Under the pieces are notes generated by a model. That model did not search any database and had not been told where the DNA came from. It saw only the letters and a program-made list of their open reading frames with translations. From assembly GCA_044892525.1 (NCBI GenBank), contig CM097885.1, positions 5,582,001-5,646,000 of the forward strand: a stretch of 64,000 bases of DNA. Direction: 5' to 3'. Position numbers and translations under genes: made by a program. The DNA comes from Schmidtea polychroa. Taxonomy: Eukaryota. Below, piece by piece: positions 1 through 13,300 of this stretch; position 1 is the stretch's first letter; every line of letters begins with the position of its first letter.

Positions 1-1191
1 CGAACGCTGACGCGTTATCGAAAAATAAATGTGGGAGATGTACACAGTGTATGGAAATTCATGAAGATGCCAAAACAGAGAAAGTAAAAACCAGATTGTT
101 GGCAATGACAGCTACTAAACATGGATTTTAATGGCAAAAAGGTAATGAAGAGATAGAACATATCAGAAAAGCAATTGATAAAAATGAGACTACAAGATTT
201 AAAATCATCGAAGATTTAATTTTAACAAGAGAAAATAAAATTTGGATTCCAAAAGTAAATAGAATAGAATTTGTCAAAGACATGCACAAAATGTTGTGTC
301 ACGCTGGATGTAAGAAGGTAATCGATTGTATAAAAGTTAATTACGATATGGAGGAATTAAATACAATCGTGACTCAATATATACAAAGTTGTGAAATATG
401 TCAGAATCGAAAAACCTTGACAACAAAAGAAAGTTGTAAAAACACAAGTGGCGGAACCGTTTGAGGTTATAGCGATAGATTTTTGTGGACCTTTGCAGGC
501 AAACATTCATGGAATGAAATATATTTTGGTAATTATAGATATGTGTAGTCGATACATTTCGTTGACAGCAAGAGCGAAGCAAGACGAAAAAAATACGGCG
601 GATACTATTGTGAAATTCTGGATATTAAAATATTTGGCATTATTCATGTTGATTATGGAAAAACATTTGAGTCTAATTTGATAAAAGAGTTGGCAAAGAA
701 TCACAATATACAGCTACAATCATAACACTAATGGTTTGATTGAAAGACAATTTCGAACAATACGAGATTTTATCAGTACATCATTAAGAGATAAACTTAA
801 GAGGAATTGGGTTGAAGTATTACCTGAAATTGAGTTTACTTTACTATTCAAAGCACAATTGGAAAGAGTCTAACAGAAGCAGTATTTGGTTTCCGAATAT
901 CTAGAGAATGGAACAATAATAAAAGAATATACAACGACGGAAGTAAAATAATGGAGGAATGCAATCAGAACAAAGAAATTTAAATTATAAAAATGAGAAC
1001 CGAATACACCGAGAATTCGATATAAATGAAAAAGTTTTAGTTAAAGTATAAGTGAGAAAAAAAGAAGACCGATATACAGGACCTTTTGTCGTTGTTAGAA
1101 AGATCCATGCAAATAGTTATAAATTTCGAGACAGAGATGGAAAAATTATAATTCGCAACGTTGAATGGCTAAAACTTTTAAACAGTGGAGA
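1..1191 (+). mobile_element. Decayed Ty3/gypsy LTR-retrotransposon pol 3' end (end of RNase H, integrase); runs off the left edge
   Basis: Frame 3 opens with NADALS (RNase H end motif). Then HKMLCHAG...CEICQ (HHCC zinc finger), PFEVIAIDFCGP and NGLIERQFRTI (integrase core), and RYTGPF (GPY/F motif). Interrupted by stops and frameshifts. Ends in purine-rich AACAGTGGAGA followed by TGTTAGGG at 1192 (PPT/LTR-start-like). Confidence 0.85.
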
Positions 1192-1699
1192 TGTTAGGGA
1201 TATTTAAATAACTAATTTATAAATAAAATATATATTGTATTATAAGTATCAAATATTATTATGTAGTACAAGTACAATAAGTATTAATGCTGGCACGTAT
1301 AATTATCATTATCATTAAATTAATTAATTCGCCATTTAAATCGGTTGTTTGAATAATACCAGATTTAGGCAATCAATTTGTATTTTAATATATGTTTAGG
1401 CAATTAGACTTCAATTATTAACAATTAAGAATAAAATAAAAAAATTAATTGATTATTGTTGATAATTTAATTAATAACTTGAATTTTCAAAATAATAAAT
1501 AAAAAATTTATTATAAAAATATTTAATTAAATATTTAAATATCTTTTGTATATTGTAGAAATTCGTTTCAATCTGAAATTTTGTTGATTTGTATTTTTTT
1601 TTACCAATTTTTCTACCAATATCAATTATTACATAATCATTTTATAAAACAACAATGTAAAATATTAAGTTATTATTTTAGCGATGTTTCTTATATTTA

Positions 1700-4600
1700 T
1701 TAACTCTCAGATTGGCAGCTTGAGCTTTGCCGTCAAAGCTTTGGCCCACTCTCAATTGCTTACTCTGGCTTTACTTTCTCATAATTACCTCACTCTTATT
1801 TGTCCATTCTGACAGTCACTTCATTAAAACAAAAATATTACATAATTGACATTATTGTGATAATGAACTGCCCAAAAGTTTATAAAAATAAATATTATAA
1901 ATAAATATTCATATAAAGATTTGTCCAAAATTACATAAATCTGATAAATGTCATTTTGATCATTACAAATTGATAAATGTTTTACTGATTATCTCATCAT
2001 TTTTTGTTTCGATCTTTCATTCACTAATTTTCATTATTTAACATATAAAATAATCATGTTCATTACAAAACCAATAGCATATCAAATAATGACAATATAT
2101 AAGTATGATGACTAATTGTAATCAGCACTTTCTAATGAAATGTATTTATTATAAATATTATAATAAATTATAAATTTAAATAGTTTTATAAACAATAAAA
2201 TAATTTTAAAAACCATTTACTGCTTCATAGTCAAGCTTTTTAATAAATACAATGTCAATTGAAAAGAAATCAGTGGTAAAAATTGCAAAATGTTCTTATA
2301 ATAGATTAAATATAAATAATATTTATTAAATATATTTAAGATTTTTAATTTCATAATCATTTTATTTTTACATGTATATATTTTTAAACTCTTTCTAAAA
2401 AATATTTTATTTAAAATTTAAATTATTAAAATTAATTTAAAAATAAAATAAATAATTAAATCAAATTATTGTTAGGTAATTTCTGATGGAATATTTAAAG
2501 TTTAAATTTTAAACAAACAAATAAAATTATTATAAATATAAAATTTCAATATAATTTTATACCAAGTAAGATTTGGAATTATAATTTATTGAAATGATGG
2601 CCCGAATAATTCTCACAATTATAAATAATATTATAAAAATATTAATATTATTATTAAATTATATATTTTTAAAATAAATTGAAAAAATATTTAAATTTAT
2701 AATATTAATTTTTTTAAAAGATAACAAAATTGAAATTAAATTATTAATAAATATTAATTAATTTAAATTTTAATAAATTATTTTAAATATGAGAAAATTT
2801 CTGAAACAAAGTCGAGATTAAATTATTATTAAATATTTTAAATTTTAAAAAGAAAATAAATATTTAAATCGAATTATTGTTATGTAATTTCTGATGCAAT
2901 ATTTTAACAAACAAATAAAATAATTAAAAATAATTATTATTTTATTAAAAAAACAATTATTAAAATAATTATTAAATTATTTTAATTTTATAACCATTTT
3001 TACATGAATATATATAATCTTTTTAAAAATTATTTTAAATTTAAATTATTAAAATAAATTTAAAAATAAAATTATTATAAATATAGCATTTCAATATAAT
3101 TTTATACCAAGTAAGATTTGGAATTATAATTTATTGAAATGCTGGCCCGAATAATTCTTGGTCACAATTATAAATAATATTATAAAAATATTAATATTAT
3201 TATTAAATTATATATTTTTAAAATAAATTAAAAAATTATTTAAATTTATAATATTAATTATTTAAAAGAAAACTAAATCGAGATAAAATTATTAATAAAT
3301 ATTAATTAATTTAAATTTATTTTTATAAATTATTTTAAATATGAGAAAATTTGTAAATATTTGTTTGAATATATTTAATTGTTATTTCATATTTAACATT
3401 TGACATCCTCTCAACAATGCCTCCGAAATTTCTTACAAAATCCGAAAGGAAAACATTGGAAGAAGAACAAGATCAACAATTGATCAGTTGCATCAAATTG
3501 TCCCATAATTTTGTCAACAAAACCGAAGATCAAAGCGCACCAATGAAATCATTTGCACTTGAAAATTTGAACATGACGATCCTTGAAAAGGTTTTGCTCA
3601 AAGATTCAACTATCACAATTGAACATGGGAAAAGATATGGTCTTATTGGTAGCAATGGATCCGGTAAATCTATCCTATTCAAAGCCATTCAAATGGGCTT
3701 ATTCGACTTTCCAAAGGATTACACAATCGGAATTGTCGAAGAAGAATGTCTTGCTGATGGAACTAAAGTTGTCGAATGCTTTGTTGGTAAAGATGAAGTT
3801 GAAGATTTCATGGTGAGATTTGCTGACGTGAAAAGCAGAGCTGTCAACAAGAAGAACAAAGATGTTGAAGTACCAAAACTCGTGAAAATATTAGATGGAA
3901 TGGGATTTACTGCTGAAAAGATGAATGAGCACGTTGGTAATTTATCTGGTGGTTGGAGAATGAAGATTAGTTTGGCAACTGTTCTGATGGCTGAACCAGA
4001 TCTTTTACTTTTAGATGAACCTACTAACATGTTGGACGATAGAACTATCAAATGGCTGTCGGGATTTTTGAAAGAATGGAAGACGAATTTATTTTTCATT
4101 TCTCATGACGGAGGCTTTTTATCTAACGTTGCAACGGATTTGTTATCGATTGAAAATAAAACTGTCGTACATTATGCTTGCAAATACTACGAATGGTTGA
4201 GGAATCAAGAACTCGACAGAGATAAAGTTAGAAATCAAATCCAAGAACAAAAGGCACAGAAAGCTGAATTGATGGAATACATAAAAAAGTTCGAAAAGAC
4301 AAAAAAGAAAGAAGTCGCTGCTAAAAGACAACAAATAAAAAAGATGCCCGTCATTGATGAAAGCATTCTAGAACCGAGAGAAATCTGGAGATTTCCCGCT
4401 TGCTTGAAAATCAAGTGCGCTACAATTGAAACGAATGAAATGGGATTCAGTTTTGGTCACGCTAAAGAAATATTTAGAAACATCACATTACGCGTTCAAC
4501 CCGATTCTAAAATCTGCATCCTCGGAGACAACGGTTGCGGTAAAACTACTCTATTGAAGATCTTCATGAAAATCCTCAAACCCACCAATGGAAACATGTT

Positions 4601-5863
4601 CTTAAATGATCGAACAAATGTCGGCTACTTCAGCCAGCATTACGTCGACCATTTGGAACTGGATAAATCAGCAATTGAAATTATGCAGATCCGAGTTCCC
4701 AACTGCAAACTCGAAACTTATCAAAGTCATTTGTTGAAATTCGGAATCACAAGTGAAGATTGGAACATTCCGGTCAGATGTTTATCATCGGGACAAAAGT
4801 CAAGAGTAGCTTTCTCCACTATTTACATGCAGAAGCCTAACTTTTTGATTTTCGATGAACCGACAAGTCATTTGGATAAAGATGGAACTGAAGCTTTAGA
4901 AGATGCTTTGAGGAAATTCAAAGGAGGAGTTATTGTTGTTACTCATGATGGAAGGATGATGTCAAATGTTTGCAAGGATTTGTGGTACATCCAGAACAGA
5001 ACTGTCAGCGTTGTTGAGGACGGCTGTATGATATAAATAAATGTTTCCATAAATAATTTTGCTTTTTATTTTATTCCTCAAATTTTATACACAAATTTAG
5101 AAAAACGTCATTCTATTAAGTATCCAAATAATTAGATGTTATAATCGATAACAAGCGATAACTAGACCGATAACCAATTGGACAAGAGCTAGCTAGGCCA
5201 ATAACCAATTGGACAAGAGCTAACTAGAGTGACATCTATTTTATGAGAATACCATAAGGTTATAATCACGATTTCTTTCAATATCACTGACAAGTTTAAA
5301 TTTTGTTTTAATATTTATTTAAATAAATTAATAAAAGTAATATTCGAAATGAAACCTTTCTGAATAAACCTCGTGTTTTCAGTCGATGGATATGGATAAT
5401 TCCTAATGGAGATCTTTCAAAAGAAGCACTAAATATCTTCATTTTAGTTTTAGATATCAAAGATTCAAAACCTTTGAATCAAAGGATTTTGTAATCAAAT
5501 TAGCTTTTCAACGTCATATTGTTGATATTTCAGAGGAGCCAAAGAATCTACAAATAGAGTCAATAGAGCTCTGAATTGATGATATTGTAATTTCAATATT
5601 TAATTTGAAAAAGGATCCTATTGAAATTTGTGTCCAAATGTTTGTGAACATGCTTGATAAATGCCTTCATGATTTGTTTTCATTTCCATTACATCATTAT
5701 GTAAATCCCTTTTCGATAGTTTACATCAACATTTCCCAAACATTATATCCGTACTCTCTAAAAACAATGAATCTTTCCTCAGACTCCGTATAAAAAAACC
5801 ATAAATAATATATATTATTTATTAATAATTGTTTACTATGTTTAACAGAATATTAATGAGAAA
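1700..5863 (+). repeat. Left arm of a large inverted duplication
   Basis: Reverse complement of 10397-14026. Mirrored ORF coordinates sum to 16260 (3417+12843, 5036+11224, 5605+10655). Contains an extra local duplication (~2520-2800 repeated at ~3065-3350) that the right arm lacks. Confidence 0.95.
3417..5036 (+). CDS. ABC-F family ATPase (two ABC domains, no transmembrane domain), intronless, copy 1
   Basis: 539-aa ORF. Domain 1: Walker A GSNGSGKS, signature LSGGWRMKISLA, Walker B LLLLDEPTN, ISHD. Domain 2: GDNGCGKT, YFSQH, LSSGQKSRVAF, LIFDEPTSHLD, VTHD. Confidence 0.92.
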   Translation: MPPKFLTKSERKTLEEEQDQQLISCIKLSHNFVNKTEDQSAPMKSFALENLNMTILEKVLLKDSTITIEHGKRYGLIGSNGSGKSILFKAIQMGLFDFPKDYTIGIVEEECLADGTKVVECFVGKDEVEDFMVRFADVKSRAVNKKNKDVEVPKLVKILDGMGFTAEKMNEHVGNLSGGWRMKISLATVLMAEPDLLLLDEPTNMLDDRTIKWLSGFLKEWKTNLFFISHDGGFLSNVATDLLSIENKTVVHYACKYYEWLRNQELDRDKVRNQIQEQKAQKAELMEYIKKFEKTKKKEVAAKRQQIKKMPVIDESILEPREIWRFPACLKIKCATIETNEMGFSFGHAKEIFRNITLRVQPDSKICILGDNGCGKTTLLKIFMKILKPTNGNMFLNDRTNVGYFSQHYVDHLELDKSAIEIMQIRVPNCKLETYQSHLLKFGITSEDWNIPVRCLSSGQKSRVAFSTIYMQKPNFLIFDEPTSHLDKDGTEALEDALRKFKGGVIVVTHDGRMMSNVCKDLWYIQNRTVSVVEDGCMI

Positions 5864-6134
5864 TCTTGCTTAAATTTATTCATTGAAACATGTAAAAAAA
5901 GAATTTAATTAAGATTTTTTTCTTTGTTTAACTGATGGCATATTAAAACAAACAAAACTGCATGGAATTGTTTTTCTTATTCGACATATATAAACAGAAT
6001 CAGTGAATATTTGTAATGTATTTTATCAACAGGTTGTCAATGTATTAAAATGTAATTAATAGTATAATTAATAAATAATTATATATAATCAAATAAATAA
6101 TATTTTCGAATTATTTTAATTTGTTGTTTTAAAT

Positions 6135-8078
6135 TCAAAATTTATGCTTTCTAATGTAATTTGCCATCTTTGAGCATTCGAAACCCTTTTTCCCAAACTT
6201 GTAGTTATCATACGCCACTCCAAGATTTTCCAGTTTGGTAAACATTTGAACGTGTTTCACGGGGGGTAAATATCCTACAACGTTGCATTCCCGACAATTG
6301 CCAGGTTCAATGCCATGATTCGGCAGTTGGGTAGATGTTGGTGAATAAATCTGGAACCAGCACTGAAAATAGAAATTAATTAATTAAATTAAATAATAAT
6401 AAAATGTGTATGCATTCATGTAGTAAAACATTTGATTTCATTCATTTACAACTTACTGCTGCCAGATGTGTAATTGTGTAATTGTGTAAGTGTGTTTATA
6501 TTAATTTGGTGAGCCTAGCATGATATGAGCTTTCTCATTGGCCTGATTTGTAAGATATCAAATGTATTTATATATGATAAGTGACACAATTAAGATATTT
6601 GATAGAACTGGGTGGTCATTCGGCCAAGTTTCTGCACCTTAGAGTAAGATCCAAAGTGACTGTTATATATAATATTAATAAAAATCTAATAAGCTAGAAA
6701 TAAGTATTCCATATTTGGATCACAATTTAATTATTTTGATATTTACTAGTATATATAATATATATAACCTCGATTATTCTATCTATGGTGCTATGATGGA
6801 GTATGAATAGAGGATCATTTGATGCTGTTGATGCACAACACATTGATCCTTCGACCATATTGTGTACTTTGTTGTGCATATAAAGAGAAGTACTTTTATC
6901 CTCATTTCTCCCACAAAACCCTTCTAACGCCAAATGAAAAGCCCTACAGTTTCCCATATAATTTATCTTTTCATCTTTCACAAAATATCTGTCAAAAATA
7001 ACTCAATTTCTAAAAGGAATCAAATGATAAAATGTTACGAGCTGTGTCGGAGGACAAATTGTAGATCTTCCGTCAAAGGAAATTCCGTGGACATATATCG
7101 ACGGTTAAGAGGTGGGAACCTTTGTCTAAAGTGACACCCGACGCATTTGGAATTTCCCATTGGTGGGGAGCAGTACTCAGTCCAATTGTGAAACTGACTT
7201 CCTTTGTCGATCAGCCAGATTTGATTTATATAGTCGAATTTCCCTGTTGCACCGACATATCGATTATTGCAGACCTGGTTGAAATTATTCCGTCAAATAT
7301 TTGTAATACTGTAAAAAAACATTACTTCACACGTTTTAGCATCAAGCCAATCCCAATAAGGAATTGCAAAGTCCTTCCATTGAAACTCCTTCATTGCGAT
7401 TTTTGCTAGTTCCCTTTCCCAGTGCAACATCAAAGCTCGGTGCCAAGTAGCAAAGGAGACCGTGTTGTGATTGTAATCAAGATATCCGAAAGTTGAACAC
7501 ATTTGTCTGTTACCGAACAAAGTAGACCGGCTCGCATACCGATGAATAAAGGCAATAAATTCCTGAAAAGTCGCGTAGAGAAATATCGGGTTAACAAGAG
7601 GATCGGAATATTCTGGGCTTGATTCTTTCAAAACCAGAAATTCGCTGGGAATTTTATTACTTATCTCAAGAATACGCAAAAATCTCTTGCGTTCAAGATC
7701 TGAAAATGAAAAAATATTTCTTCGTATTTTGATAACTCGCTTGTCACAATTCTTTCCTTCCCAACCGTACCAACAGCTTTCACATGCGATTCCAAAGAAA
7801 TTTCCTTCACAATTGCACATTCGTTTAAAGAAACGCGTTGGCCAGTGCATTCTATCATCGTCTTTGAACACCCTTGCAATTGGTTCCCAGTGAGTATATA
7901 CTTTATCACAAACCCCTCTACCTACACCACCACAAGGCTTTTGAAATCCTTCCGGTATGGGACAACAAGTTTTGAGAGTTGAAGAAACGTTATGAACACA
8001 AACTTTTGGAACTAATCCTGAGATTGAATTGGTGATAATGGATCCGACTGTGAAGATTAACAGAATGGAGAGAGTCAT
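6135..8078 (-). CDS. Tyrosinase (type-3 copper phenol oxidase), 4 exons: 8078-7326, 7274-7039, 6988-6769, 6362-6135
   Basis: Signal peptide and Cys-rich EGF-like region (CNCEGNFFGIACESC). CuA region H...YNHN.VSFATWHR followed by PYWDW. CuB region HNKVHNM...NDPLFILHHSTIDR. GT-AG introns of 51, 50 and 406 bp join in frame; the protein ends ...RKHKF*. Confidence 0.93.
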
Positions 8079-8284
8079 TCCTTCTGAACATGCAAGAAAC
8101 TAGTGTAGAATTATCGCGATCTTTAGACGTACAATAACACGTTTCGGTAAGAGATTATATTCCGGTGATATCTGTATGAAATACATGCAAATGATTACCG
8201 CAAATCTAAATTGTTTTACTGATATTGCAAATTCGTGCCAAAATTGTTTTTTGTTTAAGACATAATTTCATTTAGGAATAAAAT

Positions 8285-8429
<145 letters not shown>

Positions 8430-10396
8430 CAATTATTGTCACTCATATTTAATAAAAACACTACACTGCCAAACAAACGAAATATATTTCAAGGAAAATA
8501 TCCACATCATCAGTCTGCTATCATAATCGATTATATACAGAAACAATAATAATGTAATAGTTATGATTTAATTAAATGATATAAATAAATTTGTTTCTCT
8601 TAATAAAATAAAAAAAATAAAATAAAAAAAAATAAATAAATAAAAAAACAAATAAATAAAAATTATTTTAAAGCATGTGTAATTCAATTTAATTTTAAAA
8701 TAATGGAAGAAGTATTATTACTGTTTGGGAATATACAAAATATATGAAATAAAAATATAGAAAATTACAAATTATCAAAATCAATTAAAAATTAATTTAA
8801 AAATCAATATTTACTCAGGAAAAGTGGTAACGGGTGACAAATGAGATTTTGAAGACTAATAAAAAAGTTTTATACTGATTAGAGGTTCATAGAAAGATTA
8901 GAACCCCAAAATACAAATAATTAAATTAATTAATTTAAATATCATTGAGGATCCAGTTAAACGTCAGCTTAATAGACACAATAATTTTAATAAACTGCCC
9001 AGACATCGGATTAATGGGGTAATAAATTGTTCAACCGGTTCCAGTTCAGAATAAATCAAAATTAATGGGGAAAATAATATAAAAACGAAGTTGAACAAAA
9101 CAAAAGGGCAGTTGGTCGAATAATGTAAAAGAGAGAATAAATTTGTCAAGGAGAATCAGAATGGAAAACCAAAGAAATTAGATTGAATTTTTTGATTAGG
9201 CTGACAACCATGAAATAATCAACTGTTGCATAAAGTGTATTCGATTTTTTTGAAAACAAAGTTATTTTGTTGGGATTGAAATTCTATTTACTTACTGATC
9301 GAACACGAGCAGTCGGATTGAGAGCTGATTCCTATCGACAAAACTATTAACATCTCAACATAACGAATGAAATTATTCCAATATATTTATTCATGGTCAT
9401 CGGGTAACTCCTGCAGTGTAACTTGTGCAATAATTTTGTGTAAAATTTGATTTTATTGATCTACGATAGGACAAAATTCGAAAGGGGGTCACAATGTTCG
9501 CGACCCAAAAAGTTGATATCTGATGGGAACGATATAATTGTCGCTATTACAAAAGAGCTATGATCAGTAAAAGTTCATTTTATTAAAATATTTGCTTGGC
9601 ATCAATGTTTAAACTTTATGGGAATTCCCCCCACACCAAACTACTATTTAGAATCTCATAAATATCCCTTTGGGCTAGGGGAAAATTAGCTCTTTTCATA
9701 ACTTTTCATTAAATTTTTATAAAAATTATTCATCAACTTTATATGGCAATTATCATGAGAATTATTTACTTATGACCCTGGAGCTTGGAAAATTGAAAAA
9801 TTAAATTTCTCTCACTGCCGAAAGGGATTTCTAATGGATTTTGGAAGGGAAACAAATGAATCAAATTTGGCAATTACTCGAAGAATTACTTTTTGATTTA
9901 TTTGCAACAAATCCATTATGATGACAAGAAACTATGAAATACTTGCAGAATAAAATGAGGGGAAAAGGGGAGGTGGAACTCGTTACTGTGCAGTCGAGGA
10001 AAGATAAATATTTACTTAAAATTAGGATTTACGAGGTAAATTTACGGAGTAATCTCGGCGGCGATTCGATATGTTTCGTTTTCTCTATTTAAAAACTTTG
10101 AAATATTTATTTTTGTTTTGATTAGCTTTAATAAATCAAAATTAATTTTCCTTAACACTTTTGTGTTAAATTATCTGTTATCCTTCCTGCTCAATATTGA
10201 TCGATTTTCATTTCCGATTTCCAATATCTGGTTTCCGTACCAGACTCCAGATCAATATTTTGATTTATTTAACATTAAATTTCGGCACAACCTTTAGAAA
10301 ATAGTTGATTTAACTTTGAGGCAGATTGGGAATTTATTTATCATAAATTTCATCAAATTAAAACAACATATTTCAAAAATATAAAAATTAATTATT

Positions 10397-13300
10397 TTTC
10401 TCATTAATATTCTGTTAAACATAGTAAACAATTATTAATAAATAATATATATTATTTATGGTTTTTTTATACGGAGTCTGAGGAAAGATTCATTGTTTTT
10501 AGAGAGTACGGATATAATGTTTGGGAAATGTTGATGTAAACTATCGAAAAGGGATTTACATAATGATGTAATGGAAATGAAAACAAATCATGAAGGCATT
10601 TATCAAGCATGTTCACAAACATTTGGACACAAATTTCAATAGGATCCTTTTTCAAATTAAATATTGAAATTACAATATCATCAATTCAGAGCTCTATTGA
10701 CTCTATTTGTAGATTCTTTGGCTCCTCTGAAATATCAACAATATGACGTTGAAAAGCTAATTTGATTACAAAATCCTTTGATTCAAAGGTTTTGAATCTT
10801 TGATATCTAAAACTAAAATGAAGATATTTAGTGCTTCTTTTGAAAGATCTCCATTAGGAATTATCCATATCCATCGACTGAAAACACGAGGTTTATTCAG
10901 AAAGGTTTCATTTCGAATATTACTTTTATTAATTTATTTAAATAAATATTAAAACAAAATTTAAACTTGTCAGTGATATTGAAAGAAATCGTGATTATAA
11001 CCTTATGGTATTCTCATAAAATAGATGTCACTCTAGTTAGCTCTTATCCAATTGGTTATTGGCCTAGCTAGCTCTTGTCCAATTGGTTATCGGTCTAGTT
11101 ATCGCTTGTTATCGATTATAACATCTAATTATTTGGATACTTAATAGAATGACGTTTTTCTAAATTTGTGTATAAAATTTGAGGAATAAAATAAAAAGCA
11201 AAATTATTTATGGAAACATTTATTTATATCATACAGCCGTCCTCAACAACGCTGACAGTTCTGTTCTGGATGTACCACAAATCCTTGCAAACATTTGACA
11301 TCATCCTTCCATCATGAGTAACAACAATAACTCCTCCTTTGAATTTCCTCAAAGCATCTTCTAAAGCTTCAGTTCCATCTTTATCCAAATGACTTGTCGG
11401 TTCATCGAAAATCAAAAAGTTAGGCTTCTGCATGTAAATAGTGGAGAAAGCTACTCTTGACTTTTGTCCCGATGATAAACATCTGACCGGAATGTTCCAA
11501 TCTTCACTTGTGATTCCGAATTTCAACAAATGACTTTGATAAGTTTCGAGTTTGCAGTTGGGAACTCGGATCTGCATAATTTCAATTGCTGATTTATCCA
11601 GTTCCAAATGGTCGACGTAATGCTGGCTGAAGTAGCCGACATTTGTTCGATCATTTAAGAACATGTTTCCATTGGTGGGTTTGAGGATTTTCATGAAGAT
11701 CTTCAATAGAGTAGTTTTACCGCAACCGTTGTCTCCGAGGATGCAGATTTTAGAATCGGGTTGAACGCGTAATGTGATGTTTCTAAATATTTCTTTAGCG
11801 GGACCAAAACTGAATCCCATTTCATTCGTTTCAATTGTAGCGCACTTGATTTTCAAGCAAGCGGGAAATCTCCAGATTTCTCTCGGTTCTAGAATGCTTT
11901 CATCAATGACGGGCATCTTTTTTATTTGTTGTCTTTTAGCAGCGACTTCTTTCTTTTTTGTCTTTTCGAACTTTTTTATGTATTCCATCAATTCAGCTTT
12001 CTGTGCCTTTTGTTCTTGGATTTGATTTCTAACTTTATCTCTGTCGAGTTCTTGATTCCTCAACCATTCGTAGTATTTGCAAGCATAATGTACGACAGTT
12101 TTATTTTCAATCGATAACAAATCCGTTGCAACGTTAGATAAAAAGCCTCCGTCATGAGAAATGAAAAATAAATTCGTCTTCCATTCTTTCAAAAATCCCG
12201 ACAGCCATTTGATAGTTCTATCGTCCAACATGTTAGTAGGTTCATCTAAAAGTAAAAGATCTGGTTCAGCCATCAGAACAGTTGCCAAACTAATCTTCAT
12301 TCTCCAACCACCAGATAAATTACCAACGTGCTCATTCATCTTTTCAGCAGTAAATCCCATTCCATCTAATATTTTCACGAGTTTTGGTACTTCAACATCT
12401 TTGTTCTTCTTGTTGACAGCTCTGCTTTTCACGTCAGCAAATCTCACCATGAAATCTTCAACTTCATCTTTACCAACAAAGCATTCGACAACTTTAGTTC
12501 CATCAGCAAGACATTCTTCTTCGACAATTCCGATTGTGTAATCCTTTGGAAAGTCGAATAAGCCCATTTGAATGGCTTTGAATAGGATAGATTTACCGGA
12601 TCCATTGCTACCAATAAGACCATATCTTTTCCCATGTTCAATTGTGATAGTTGAATCTTTGAGCAAAACCTTTTCAAGGATCGTCATGTTCAAATTTTCA
12701 AGTGCAAATGATTTCATTGGTGCGCTTTGATCTTCGGTTTTGTTGACAAAATTATGGGACAATTTGATGCAACTGATCAATTGTTGATCTTGTTCTTCTT
12801 CCAATGTTTTCCTTTCGGATTTTGTAAGAAATTTCGGAGGCATTTTTGAGAGGATGTCAAATGTTAAATATGAAATAAGAATTAAATATATTCAAACAAA
12901 TATTTTCAAATTTTCTCATATTTAAAATAATTTATAAAAATAAAATTTAAATTAATTAATATTTATTAATAATTTAATCTCGACTTTTTATATGTAAATA
13001 TTTAAAGTTTTTTCAATATTATTCAAAAATATATAATAAAATATATTAATGATTTAATCTCGATTTTGTTTTTTTTTAAATTAATATTATATTTATATTT
13101 AAATATTTTATCAATTTATTTTAAAAATATATTATTTAATAATAATATTTATATTTTTATAATATTATTTATAATTGTGACCAAGAATTATTCGGGCCAG
13201 CATTTTAATAAATTATAATTCCAAATCTCACTTGGTATAAAATTATATTGAAATTTTATTTTTATAATAATTTTAATAATTTAAATTTTAAATAAAATAT

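Noticed and set aside
3583..4334. Short ORFs overlapping the ABC-F CDS, and their mirrors at 11774-12677
   Set aside because: They are alternate-frame or antisense shadows of the real CDS.
5340..5793. Second gene in each inverted arm (62-aa ORF and upstream frame)
   Set aside because: Short, TTG-started, interrupted by stops, with no motif I can recognise; duplicated only because the arm is duplicated.
8900..10390. Possible decayed retroelement in the foldback spacer
   Set aside because: Coding-like composition and a purine tract near 9955-9980, but no diagnostic motif that I could read.
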